Shown piece by piece: positions 9,878-18,999 of a stretch of DNA of 36,059 bases. Position 1 is the stretch's first letter, and each line of letters begins with the position of its first letter. Origin of the DNA: an uncultured archaeon (GTDB lineage: Archaea > Asgardarchaeota > Lokiarchaeia > Sigyniarchaeales > SOKP01); assembly GCA_964447495.1 (NCBI GenBank), contig CAYUTF010000025.1:1-36059 (forward strand), given 5' to 3'. The position numbers were made by a program, and so were the translations under genes. The notes below the pieces were generated by a model. The model was not told where the DNA came from. It saw only the letters and a program-made list of their open reading frames with translations, and did not search any database.

Positions 9878-9914
9878 TTAATAGAAATAAAGAGTACTGA
9901 TTTTTAGTTAAATT
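9863..9914. repeat. Direct repeat, right copy
   Basis: Matches 6493-6544 at 50 of 52 positions. Confidence 0.93.
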
Positions 9915-9985
9915 GAATTTACATAAATAAGCTTTTATTTTAGATATAACAATAAAATAAAAAAAGAAAAATGTTGAATTTAAGT

Positions 9986-10996
9986 CTATAATTTCTTAAC
10001 TATGAGGTCAGCTAACCTATTGGAATAGCCCCATTCATTATCATACCAACTAACTACGCCTACAAGATTTCCAATTGCTTTTGTCCATAAACTGCTGAAT
10101 ACTGAGCTCGCTGGGTTTCCCACAATGTCACTACTAACGATAGGATCATCAGTATATTCTAAAATTCCTTTTAGACTGCCCATTGAAGCCTCTTTCATTT
10201 TAGCATTAATTTGTTCAGCAGATGCGGCATTTTGTACATTACATTTCAAATCAACTACACTTCCATCTAAAGTGGGTACACGCATCGCAATCCCGTCTAA
10301 TTTTCCTTGTAATTGAGGAAAAACTAAACCGATTGCAGCAGCTGCACCTGTTGATGTCGGAATGATATTGCCTGATGCGGCACGACCACGAATCATCTTC
10401 ACGGGGTCTCCTGCTCGCGCAGTATCAACCGTAATCTGATCTCCCGTCATGGAATGAATTGTTGTCATAATTCCGCTTTTGATATTAAAGTTTTCATTTA
10501 AAACTTTAACCACGGGGCCAAGGCAATTCGTTGTGCAACTAGCATTGCTGATTATCTTATGATCATTTGTAATTTTATCATCATTGCATCCTAAAACAAC
10601 GGTTATATCTGGATTTACAGCAGGAGCACTAATAAGAACCCGCTTCGCTCCAGCTTCTAAATGCTTCGCAGCACCCTCTCTCTTAGTGAAAAATCCCGTG
10701 CATTCCAATGCTACATCGATATTATTATTACCATGTGGTAAATTTGCTGGGTCTCGTTCTGCTGTAATTGGAATTTCCTTACCATCAATTACTAATGATT
10801 TTTCCTTTGCTTTAATAGTTCCCTTAAATCTTCCAAATACGGTATCATATTTTAGGACATAAGCCAAATATTTGGGATCAAAAAGATCATTGATTGAAAC
10901 AACATCAATGTCATTCCAGTACCTGTCATGAACCGCTCTGAAGAAATTTCGTCCAATTCTTCCAAATCCATTTATTGAAATTCTTTTTGCCATCAT
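9986..10996 (-). CDS. gap: Type I (bacterial/eukaryotic-type) glyceraldehyde-3-phosphate dehydrogenase
   Basis: INGFGRIGR, ECTGFF, SNASCTTNCL active site, NIIPTSTGAA, SWYDNEWGYS. Confidence 0.96.
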   Translation of the reverse strand: MMAKRISINGFGRIGRNFFRAVHDRYWNDIDVVSINDLFDPKYLAYVLKYDTVFGRFKGTIKAKEKSLVIDGKEIPITAERDPANLPHGNNNIDVALECTGFFTKREGAAKHLEAGAKRVLISAPAVNPDITVVLGCNDDKITNDHKIISNASCTTNCLGPVVKVLNENFNIKSGIMTTIHSMTGDQITVDTARAGDPVKMIRGRAASGNIIPTSTGAAAAIGLVFPQLQGKLDGIAMRVPTLDGSVVDLKCNVQNAASAEQINAKMKEASMGSLKGILEYTDDPIVSSDIVGNPASSVFSSLWTKAIGNLVGVVSWYDNEWGYSNRLADLIVKKL

Positions 10997-11193
10997 TAAT
11001 CACTATTTTGTTTTTAGATTTTCATAAAAGACAAGTCAAGCTAAATAATATTCCATTAATTTATTAATTTTTTAGTTTCTGTGATCTTTACTATACTAGG
11101 GTTTTTTATGAATATGGAAAAAATTATTTTATTTAGCTATACTTTAAATTAAAAGGAGTAGAATTTAATATTGTAAATAATTAGGGATTTTAT

Positions 11194-12414
11194 ATGAATG
11201 ATATAGAAATAGCTCTTCTCGGAAAAATTGATGATATGAAGGAAGAAATCATTGAATTTCTTCAGAAATTAGTTCGATCCCCGACTGAAGTTCCTCCTGG
11301 AAAATATAGGGACTTATCTAAAGTTATTAGCGCGAAGATGGAGGAATTTGGGATAAAAACAAAAATTAAACGAAATAATATTATTGGAGAATTGGGGAGT
11401 GAAAAGGGGCGAAATCTAATTTTTAACGCTCATTATGATACGGTCACTGTTCATGATGGTTGGACAAAAGAGCCTTATAGTGGTGAAATAGTAGATAGTA
11501 AAATTTATGGCAGAGGTTCTTCTGATGATAAATCATGTGTTGTAGCTGAAATTTTTGCGGCAAAAGCTCTATTGGATATAGGGGTTGAATTAAAGGGAAA
11601 ATTACTTCTTACGGCTGTAGTGAATGAAGAGATAGGAGGCGTCGGAGGAACGGAATACATTGTTAATGACGAAATAATTAAAGGAGATGCCTGTGTAGTA
11701 GGAGACGCTCCTGCAGCTTATCCAACTGCATATCGAGGAGGAGCCCTCCAATTTAGTTTCTTAATTAAAGGAATACGCCGACATGCTATGTGCTACCCCG
11801 ATTTAGTTCCTCAATATCGTAATGAATTTTCTGGAATTAATGCGGTTCATAAAATGCTTCCTATCATGAATTTTTTGATGAAACTGCAAGAAGAATTCAA
11901 TACAAAAGAAACCAAATATCCTGTGCCTTTGTCTTTACCAAAAAAGGTAAGCAGTGTTGAGATCACTAAGATGGAAGGTGGAAATGCAGTAGATACTGTA
12001 GCAGATTATTGTAATCTGCATTGTATGATTAATGTAATTCCTGAACAAGATATTGAACCAATAAGAGCAAAAATTTTTGCATTTATAGAAGATCTAAAGA
12101 AAAAAGATCCTGATTTGGATATACTTGTCCAAAATCCGATTTCAATTAAACCCCAAATAGCAGATATCAATTCAGATATTGCTAAAGCGGTAAAAGATGC
12201 GTTTAAAACTATTTATAAAGAGGAAAGAGAATTTAAAACGTTTATTCCCACAACTGACGCTCATAATTTCCAACAAAAAGGAATAGAGACAATTTTAATA
12301 GGTACAATTCGAGGGGAGAATAATATCCATGCCCAAGATGAATTTGTATATATCGATGACTTAATCAATGTGACAAAAATTTATGCACTTACGGCGCTTA
12401 ATTATCTACGCTAA
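11194..12414 (+). CDS. M20 family metallopeptidase/deacylase (ArgE/DapE-like)
   Basis: FNAHYDTV, YGRGSSDDK, NEEIGG, TDA, IHAQDE motifs. Confidence 0.92.
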   Translation: MNDIEIALLGKIDDMKEEIIEFLQKLVRSPTEVPPGKYRDLSKVISAKMEEFGIKTKIKRNNIIGELGSEKGRNLIFNAHYDTVTVHDGWTKEPYSGEIVDSKIYGRGSSDDKSCVVAEIFAAKALLDIGVELKGKLLLTAVVNEEIGGVGGTEYIVNDEIIKGDACVVGDAPAAYPTAYRGGALQFSFLIKGIRRHAMCYPDLVPQYRNEFSGINAVHKMLPIMNFLMKLQEEFNTKETKYPVPLSLPKKVSSVEITKMEGGNAVDTVADYCNLHCMINVIPEQDIEPIRAKIFAFIEDLKKKDPDLDILVQNPISIKPQIADINSDIAKAVKDAFKTIYKEEREFKTFIPTTDAHNFQQKGIETILIGTIRGENNIHAQDEFVYIDDLINVTKIYALTALNYLR

Positions 12415-12479
12415 CCCAATTTACTCTTATTTTTTTAATAAAATAAATAAAAAAGATAGTTAAAATAAAATTAGATTGA

Positions 12480-13247
12480 TTATATTTCTTCTCCAGATTC
12501 CTTTCCCATAAGCCTTAAAACGGAATCTGCAAGCTTATTTTGACTACGACTCATTATTCCCTTAATTTTCCCTTCTTTTCCGGTCACTCTGAGCATGATG
12601 CCATTCCATACTGAACTAGGCTCTCCTTTAACTTTCTTAAATCTATCCCGATGAACAGTAACTTCAATATTTTTATACTTTTTGGCAGCATCGGAACATT
12701 TAAAACATAAAATGCATTTATCTTTATCCACTACTATAGATTTTCCCTCTCGAGACATCGCATCGACCGAACACTCCTCTACAAATTGATCAATAACCTT
12801 GGTGTCCTTTTCATTACAGGTTATAGTTATCGATCCATCAACGACTTTTCGTACTTTACGTCCATCCTCAAGAGTTCGAACCTCCTCCTCAAATTCTGGA
12901 AGAGAACCATTTTCTACTAGTAAGATTTTATTCTCTCCATTGATTAATAATTCTAAGGTGTATCCTGGACATATCCATGAACAGCTACCACACCAAATGC
13001 ATTTATTGATATCAACGACAATCTTCTTGTCAGATTCTATTTTCATGAATTCTGGTGTGCCGATAGCGGTCTTTTTAAGGGGCTCTTCGTAGATAGATAT
13101 TGTTACAGGGCAAACCCTTTGACAAAATCCACACTCTAGGCAAAGGGACTCATCATATTTTAATATCGATTCATGATTGAGCATTTTATATACATAATGG
13201 GTGATATTCTCATCTACTTGAACTGCCTTTTTTACTGGTAATGACAA
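12480..13247 (-). CDS. Polyferredoxin / multi-4Fe-4S protein
   Basis: CLECGFCQRVCP, CIWCGSCSWICP, CILCFKC motifs; TTG start with GGAGTG SD-like motif; last gene of the hdrA-mvhD cluster. Confidence 0.85.
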   Translation of the reverse strand: MSLPVKKAVQVDENITHYVYKMLNHESILKYDESLCLECGFCQRVCPVTISIYEEPLKKTAIGTPEFMKIESDKKIVVDINKCIWCGSCSWICPGYTLELLINGENKILLVENGSLPEFEEEVRTLEDGRKVRKVVDGSITITCNEKDTKVIDQFVEECSVDAMSREGKSIVVDKDKCILCFKCSDAAKKYKNIEVTVHRDRFKKVKGEPSSVWNGIMLRVTGKEGKIKGIMSRSQNKLADSVLRLMGKESGEEI

Positions 13248-13302
13248 TTTTGTTCACTCCCTTTTTTCTTAAAAATTTATTTTCTTAATGATTAATAAAG
13301 AT

Positions 13303-14433
13303 TTATGTTCTTCCAAGTTCCATTTGTTTTATGGCTTTACCAGACCTGAATGGTATATCGTCAACGTTCTCACCAGAGGTGTACTTAAATTTTTTCTTGA
13401 AGGTCTCATTGAGCGATTGAAAATATAATGATAAAGGTAAATGTTGAGGACAATTATTATCGCAATTTCCGCATTCTACGCAGCGATCTGCCACATGAGC
13501 TATTCTGGTTAGCTGATAGGTATTACTATCTATGTTTTTTTCTTTTTTCTTTTTCATAAGTATGCAATCAACGCAATAACAAACAGGGCAGCCCCGTATG
13601 CATATTCCGCATGCTGTACATGCTTGGAACTTAGCTAATTTTTCTTTTTGAGATAATTTATCCCATTCTTCCAAATCTTTCGCTCTCTTTGCTAAAGCAT
13701 GTTCCTTGATCTCTTTAGCTTTTTTCGTATGAATTTCCTTTAAATCAGCGGGAAGTATCTTTGTGGTAATTTTTGATTTTTCAACAAGTTCAGAGCCCTT
13801 ATCTGAGTAAACTTTAAGGATTATTTCTTCAGAATCAATTGGAATTCCGATATCGCTAATTCCTAAATCTGCCACAACGGGAACTTTTCGTGTGCATCGG
13901 GAACAATTTTCGGCTATCTCTAAATCAAGTTCTTTTGTCTTTCCATCATTGAATTTAAGAATTAACCCCTTATCGCCAATTTTTTCCTTAATAACCTTAG
14001 TAGTATCAATGTCCTTATATTTTTTCATTTCTCGGGACACATTTATTACCATACCGCGATCTTCGAAAGCAATGATAAACAAATTGTCTAAATTAACCTG
14101 CTTAATTTTTACTAATTCAATTATTCCTCGAGTGTCGCATGGTCTCGCAATTAAGCCAACCTTTTCTTTCATTGCTCCCTCAAGTGATTTATGGAGATAT
14201 TTTGCAGCGGAATCTGTTCTTGCATATCCATAAGCAATAAGATTTGTCAATGGAAAACCTGATATATCCTCCGGTTTTTCATACACTTTCGGACTTACAG
14301 TAAATCGATCTTCTTGACCTGATTTTTTATCTACTTTAGTTTCGGCGCCGATAATTTTGTCCACTTTCTTTTCTTTCAGTAGAGCCTTTAATAATTTTGG
14401 AAAATCTTCAATTTTAATTAAATATTCTGCCAT
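13303..14433 (-). CDS. FdhB/FrhB-family (FlxC-like) Fe-S subunit
   Basis: ARPCD.R.I.EL.K..Q, CSRC....P..ADL, CTACGICIRGCPVCYC, AH.ADRCVECGNCDNNCP. The start could be 14433, 14442 or 14451. Confidence 0.82.
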   Translation of the reverse strand: MAEYLIKIEDFPKLLKALLKEKKVDKIIGAETKVDKKSGQEDRFTVSPKVYEKPEDISGFPLTNLIAYGYARTDSAAKYLHKSLEGAMKEKVGLIARPCDTRGIIELVKIKQVNLDNLFIIAFEDRGMVINVSREMKKYKDIDTTKVIKEKIGDKGLILKFNDGKTKELDLEIAENCSRCTRKVPVVADLGISDIGIPIDSEEIILKVYSDKGSELVEKSKITTKILPADLKEIHTKKAKEIKEHALAKRAKDLEEWDKLSQKEKLAKFQACTACGICIRGCPVCYCVDCILMKKKKEKNIDSNTYQLTRIAHVADRCVECGNCDNNCPQHLPLSLYFQSLNETFKKKFKYTSGENVDDIPFRSGKAIKQMELGRT

Positions 14434-14546
14434 TGCATCCATGTATATCAAACTCTCTATTATTCTATTTTTTATGTTTAAATTCTTCTTTTACTTACTT
14501 CAATTACATTTTTTTTAATAAAATTTACATTTTGTATATTAATTCT

Positions 14547-14625
14547 TTAATGTGTTATATGGGGCTTCCATTTCTTCCGTTGAACTCTCATTTTTTTAGT
14601 TCAACATCATCAGTAAACACATTTA
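14547..14625 (-). promoter_or_regulatory. Eukaryote-like SECIS element in the 3' UTR of mvhD/vhuD
   Basis: Minus strand reads AAUGUGUU-UACUG-AUGA-UGUUGAACU-AAAAAAAUGAG-AGUUCAACG-GA-(AGAAAUGGAAGCCCCAUAU)-AACACAUU: AUGA/GA core, fully paired 9-bp upper stem, apical A-run, 8-bp lower stem, starting a few nt after the TAA. Confidence 0.9.
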
Positions 14626-14628
14626 ATT

Positions 14629-15069
14629 TTATGTTTTTATTTTTTGAGGTGTGTCGCCCTTACTTTTGAAAGGATTGGGGCCTAATGTTCGAATGACTTT
14701 ATCAAATTCAGTTGCTTCGCGTTGGAACTTTTGTCCCTCAGCTGCACTACAATAACTCAATCTTAATCGTTCTTCTTCGAGACCCATAGATTTTAACACT
14801 TCTTTTAGATATTCTACTTGACGGAAAGCGAAATAATTACCCGTTTCATAATCGCATTCTTTAGGATATCATCCCACTATCAAAACACCGTCAGCGCCTC
14901 TTCCAAAAGAGCGCATAACGACGTCTGCTCCAACTCGTCCCGTACATGGTACTAGAATAACTCGAATAGAATCGGGATATTGCGCACGAATTGTTCCCGC
15001 CATATCAGCAGACCCGTATCCTCACTTCCAACATAGAAATGCAATAATCTTAATATCTTCTTCTGCCAT
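14629..15069 (-). CDS. vhuD: Selenoprotein MvhD/VhuD (hydrogenase [2Fe-2S] delta subunit), 146 aa, Sec16 and Sec67
   Basis: Absent from the ORF track. Translation: MAEEDIKIIAFLCWK(U)GYGSADMAG...YP..IRVILVPCTGRV...GADGVLIVG(U)YPKECDYETGN...ERLRLSYCSAAEG...LGPNPF. TGA at 15022-15024 and 14869-14871 align to Cys in the paralog at 23293..23760. Confidence 0.95.
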
Positions 15070-15082
15070 AATGTTTCCCTCT

Positions 15083-17059
15083 TTAATCCTCCATAGGAAG
15101 TAATTCATCAATTAAAGCCATATATTGATCATCTCTAAAGTATGTTAATTCAATAGCTTTAGACGGGCAAAGACTAGCGCATGTACCACATCCTCTACAT
15201 AAAATGAGATTAACAACGATAATTCCCTTTTCATTGACTGAAATTGCTGTGAAAGGACAAGCTTCGATACATTTATAGCATTTAGCGCATCTTTCATCGG
15301 AAGGAGTGGCTCTAATTAATTCCATGGTATATTCGCCTTTACTCATTGGTATTGCTGCCGATGATGCTGCACCCTTCGCTTGACTCACAGATTTATCTAT
15401 CTCTTTTTGTCCTTGAGCAGAACCGCATATATAAATACCCGGAACTTTAGTACTTATAGGATCAAGTCTTGCATGATACTCCTTTAGAAAACCATCGGAA
15501 CTCTTTTCCATATTAAGGACTCGAGCGATCTCTTCTGTACCTTGTGATGGTAATGATGCAGAAGAGAGAATGACCATATGAGCTTCCATAGTAACAATAG
15601 AATCAGTTCCTACGGGTTCAAATTGTACTATAAGATTTTTTGTAAGTGGATCCTCTTCAATTTTCCCAACTAATCCTTTGACAAAGACAATTCCCGCGTC
15701 ACGAGCCCTTCTGTAATATTCTTCATAATCCTTACCTGCACATCTCATATCAATATATACACAAACGATTTCTGAATCTGGATACTCTGATTTTATCAGT
15801 TTCGAATTTTTAACCGATAGATTACAACATACGACTGAGCAGTATGGATGTTTTTTGACATCTCTACTTCCTACACAGTTAATAAATATTATCTTGGTAG
15901 GACGCTTCCCATCGGATGGTCGTTTCAAATGGCCGTATGTTGGACCGTTTGGAGCAATAATCCTTTCCAACTGTATTTGGTTGATGACATTCTCAAATTT
16001 TCCATATCCATAATCGGATCCTTCATAGAGATCCCAACCCGTCGCAACAATTATAGTACCAATATCGAGCTTTACAATTTCTTCTTGTTGTGAAAAATCA
16101 ATGGCATCTTCTACACAAGCATCGACACAGCCAAAACACTCAACACATGACTCTCTTACAATGTCGTATATTGCAGGAACTGCTTGAGCGAAGGAAATGT
16201 CAATACATTTACGAGCTGATAGATGTTCATCAAAATAATTTGATACATATATCGGGCAAACATCAGTACAAGCTCCACATCCAGTGCATTTACTTTCAAT
16301 GACGAATCGTGGATTTCTTTTTACTTGTACTTTAAAATTGCCAATATATCCATCTACTTTGACTACTTCACTGTACGTTAATATTTCAATATTTGGGTGA
16401 CGGTTAGCCTCTAACATTTTCGGACCGAGAATTCATATGGAACAATCATCGGTTGGGAACGTTCTATCGAGTTGACTCATTCGTCCACCGATCGTCGTAT
16501 TCTTTTCTATTAAATATACTTTGTATCCAGTATCACCTAAATCGGTTGCTGCTGACAAGCCTGAAATTCCACCGCCAATCACTAAAGCTGTTGGTGTGAC
16601 AGGAACCGTCATAGTTGGCACATCTTCTAATAATCGTGCTCGAGCGATTCCCGCTTTAATTAATTCAATAGCTTTTTTAATTGCTTTTTCCCGTACTTCT
16701 GGAGCTTGATGAACAAAACTACAATGCTCCCTGATGTTTACAAACTCAAAATATCTTGGTGGAATGCCTGCTTCCTTTAAAATCGCAGCAAATACAGGTT
16801 GATGTGTTCTTGGAGTGCATGCAGCTACAACAATTCGATCGAGTTTAAATTCTTCTATTTGTTCTTTAATATACGAACTTCCCCCTTCAGTACACATGGA
16901 AAGATATTCATATGCTCGAACTCCGTCTAATTTGTTGATTTCTTCGACTATCCTCGGAACATCTAAAATACCTGCTATATTTATCCCTCAGCGACACACA
17001 AAAACGCCTACAGTAGACGTTTCAGCTTCATAATTTTCCTTGGTCTGATTTCCAGACAC
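15083..17059 (-). CDS. hdrA: Selenoprotein heterodisulfide reductase subunit A, 658 aa, Sec24 and Sec209
   Basis: ORFs 16433..16897 and 15083..16417 are in one frame, joined by TGA 16433-16435 (FPTDDCSI-U-ILGPKM). The frame extends upstream through TGA 16988-16990 (VGVFVCR-U-GINIAG) to a GTG at 17059 preceded by AAGGTG. Confidence 0.94.
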
Positions 17060-17404
17060 ATTTAACACCTTTATTGATATATCCTCCTAATTTTTCAAGA
17101 ATATATGTTATAAATCTCTCTATTTAATAGTATCTAATAGAATATATTTATGATATTGTTAATAGTTCTTATTTTTTAAGTTCAATTATTATTAAATTTT
17201 ATTCAACGTATTTTAATATTTGAAGTTATAAGCTTTAATTACTCAATTAATCCGACAAAATATCACATGGTTATCGTTTCCAATAACTTATAAGAGAGGA
17301 AATTAATGGACTTGATAAAAAATGAATAAAAAAATGATGAGGTTGATCATATTTTTAGATATCATATAATAAATTACTTAATATTTTGGAGATAAATCTA
17401 GAAT

Positions 17405-18580
17405 ATGCAAGGTATTGAAAAGTCTATTATCAACAATGTTATACTAAGGAAATATCATCTTTCAAAAGATTCAAAAATAGATTATATTCTACAAATTACA
17501 GAAGACTTATGTGGTTTACACGCTACGGGGACCATAGAACCATATATTCAACTTTTTGTTAGGATGAATCATTTTATTAAGGAAGATTTAGATACCGAGC
17601 CATATATTCATAAAACCCTTGGTAGAATACGTGGTATGCGCAAAACATTATTTATTCTAGCAAAAGAATTAATGGAGATTGTCCATCCTATCGTTTGAGT
17701 TCTAACTCAGAAACGTGATGATAAATATTTAGAATACCGAGATATCTCTTTAAAGGAATATGAAATACTTGCGAAAAAAATAGCAAATCTGTTAGAGAAA
17801 AAAGAACTATCTACAAGTGAGATTAAAAAAGCAATAAATTCAAAGAAAGACATCGTAGCTGTAATCTCGATTATGTGCGACCAAATGATTTTACTTCGAG
17901 GTAGACTTTTGAGCAGTTGGAAAGATAGGAGGCTTTTATATGTTCCATTCAAAAGATATTTTCCAGACATAAAGTTGGATAGATATACTGAAGAACAAGC
18001 TATATCCTTACTCATTAAGAAGTATCTGAAATCTTATGGCCCCGTAACCAAAGAAGATATAATATGGTGGACTGGATTAACTAAAACCAGAATACAACCT
18101 GTTCTTACTGAATTAAAAGAAGATATCGAGCCAATCCAGATATCAGAATTGAATGAAGAATATCTCATAATAAAATCTGATTTCGCAATGTTAGAAAATG
18201 TTAGACATATTCCTGAAAGTACAATAAATTTACTCCCTTTACTTGATCCGTATATGATGGGATACAAAAGTCGTGAACGATATGTTGATTTGAAGTATTA
18301 TGATTACATATTTGATCGATCCGGAAATGCAACATACGTCATACTCCAAGATGGGGTCGTTATAGGAATTTGGGATATTATCGAAAAACCAGACCCTGTA
18401 TGTAAGTTATTTTTCTTCAATGACATTGATGATAATGTTCTACATGAAGTCTATTCAAAGGCAATTGCATTAGGTACATTCATAACAGGGAAAAAACTTC
18501 AAATTAAGAATTGTAAGTCAATGGTGCCTTTAACAAAAAGAACAATGGGTGGTTTCATGTCTCCTTTAAAGGAAGCTTAA
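17405..18580 (+). pseudogene. AlkZ/YcaQ-like (HTH_42) DNA glycosylase interrupted by one in-frame TGA
   Basis: ORFs 17405..17698 and 17873..18580 share a frame, with only TGA 17696-17698 between them. Motifs GLHAT...PYIQLF.R, MRKTLF, YLKSYGPVT..DI.WWTGL, LLPLLDPYMMGYK.R. Confidence 0.78.
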
Positions 18581-18651
18581 TTGGATTATCTTATAAATAA
18601 TCGATATGAAAAAAGAAAAATAAAAAATTATTAACTAATTTGATACGTAAC

Positions 18652-18861
18652 TCAATCTATTTTTGTTAAATATCTGAACAGGCGCTTTACCGATTCAATT
18701 CTGGTCTCTTCTCCTATCTATTGATTCCTATGTTATTTGAAAGTTTACCCGAGGAATCTATGAAAATGATGCCGAAATGGCAAAAGTGTATGAATTAGTA
18801 ACAATTTTGAGTGAATTATTTCGTCAAGATCGAAGGCAGGCATTTCCAAACCCTTGACTTC
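18652..18861. pseudogene. Scrambled remnants of a paralogous AOR/ferredoxin operon
   Basis: Minus 18652-18717: IGEETRIESVKRLF (ferredoxin C-terminus). Plus 18720-18803: IDSYVI*KFTRGIYENDAEMAKVYELVT (78/84 nt identical to the reverse complement of 19864-19947). Minus 18826-18861: EVKGLEMPAFDL. Confidence 0.85.
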
Positions 18862-18999
18862 TAATCAAGAATGACTTAATCAAAATCCTTTAAATCTAAG
18901 CTTAATTTGAAAAACTCGATCATTAAGACATATAGAAATAGAACTAAAGCGTATAATTTCATTTACTTAATTAATTAAAAAAAGAAAAATAATGATAGA

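Noticed and set aside
6493-9914. CRISPR array or tRNA-anchored att site
   Set aside because: Only two repeat copies 3.4 kb apart, no cas genes, and no tRNA-like sequence at either copy.
14433-14669. 78-aa plus-strand ORF
   Set aside because: Low-complexity antisense frame over the SECIS and the vhuD 3' end.
18581-18800. SECIS for the AlkZ-like gene
   Set aside because: The AUGA motifs here lack a 9-12 bp stem closing on GA; the short UGCC/GGCA stem is just AOR coding remnant.
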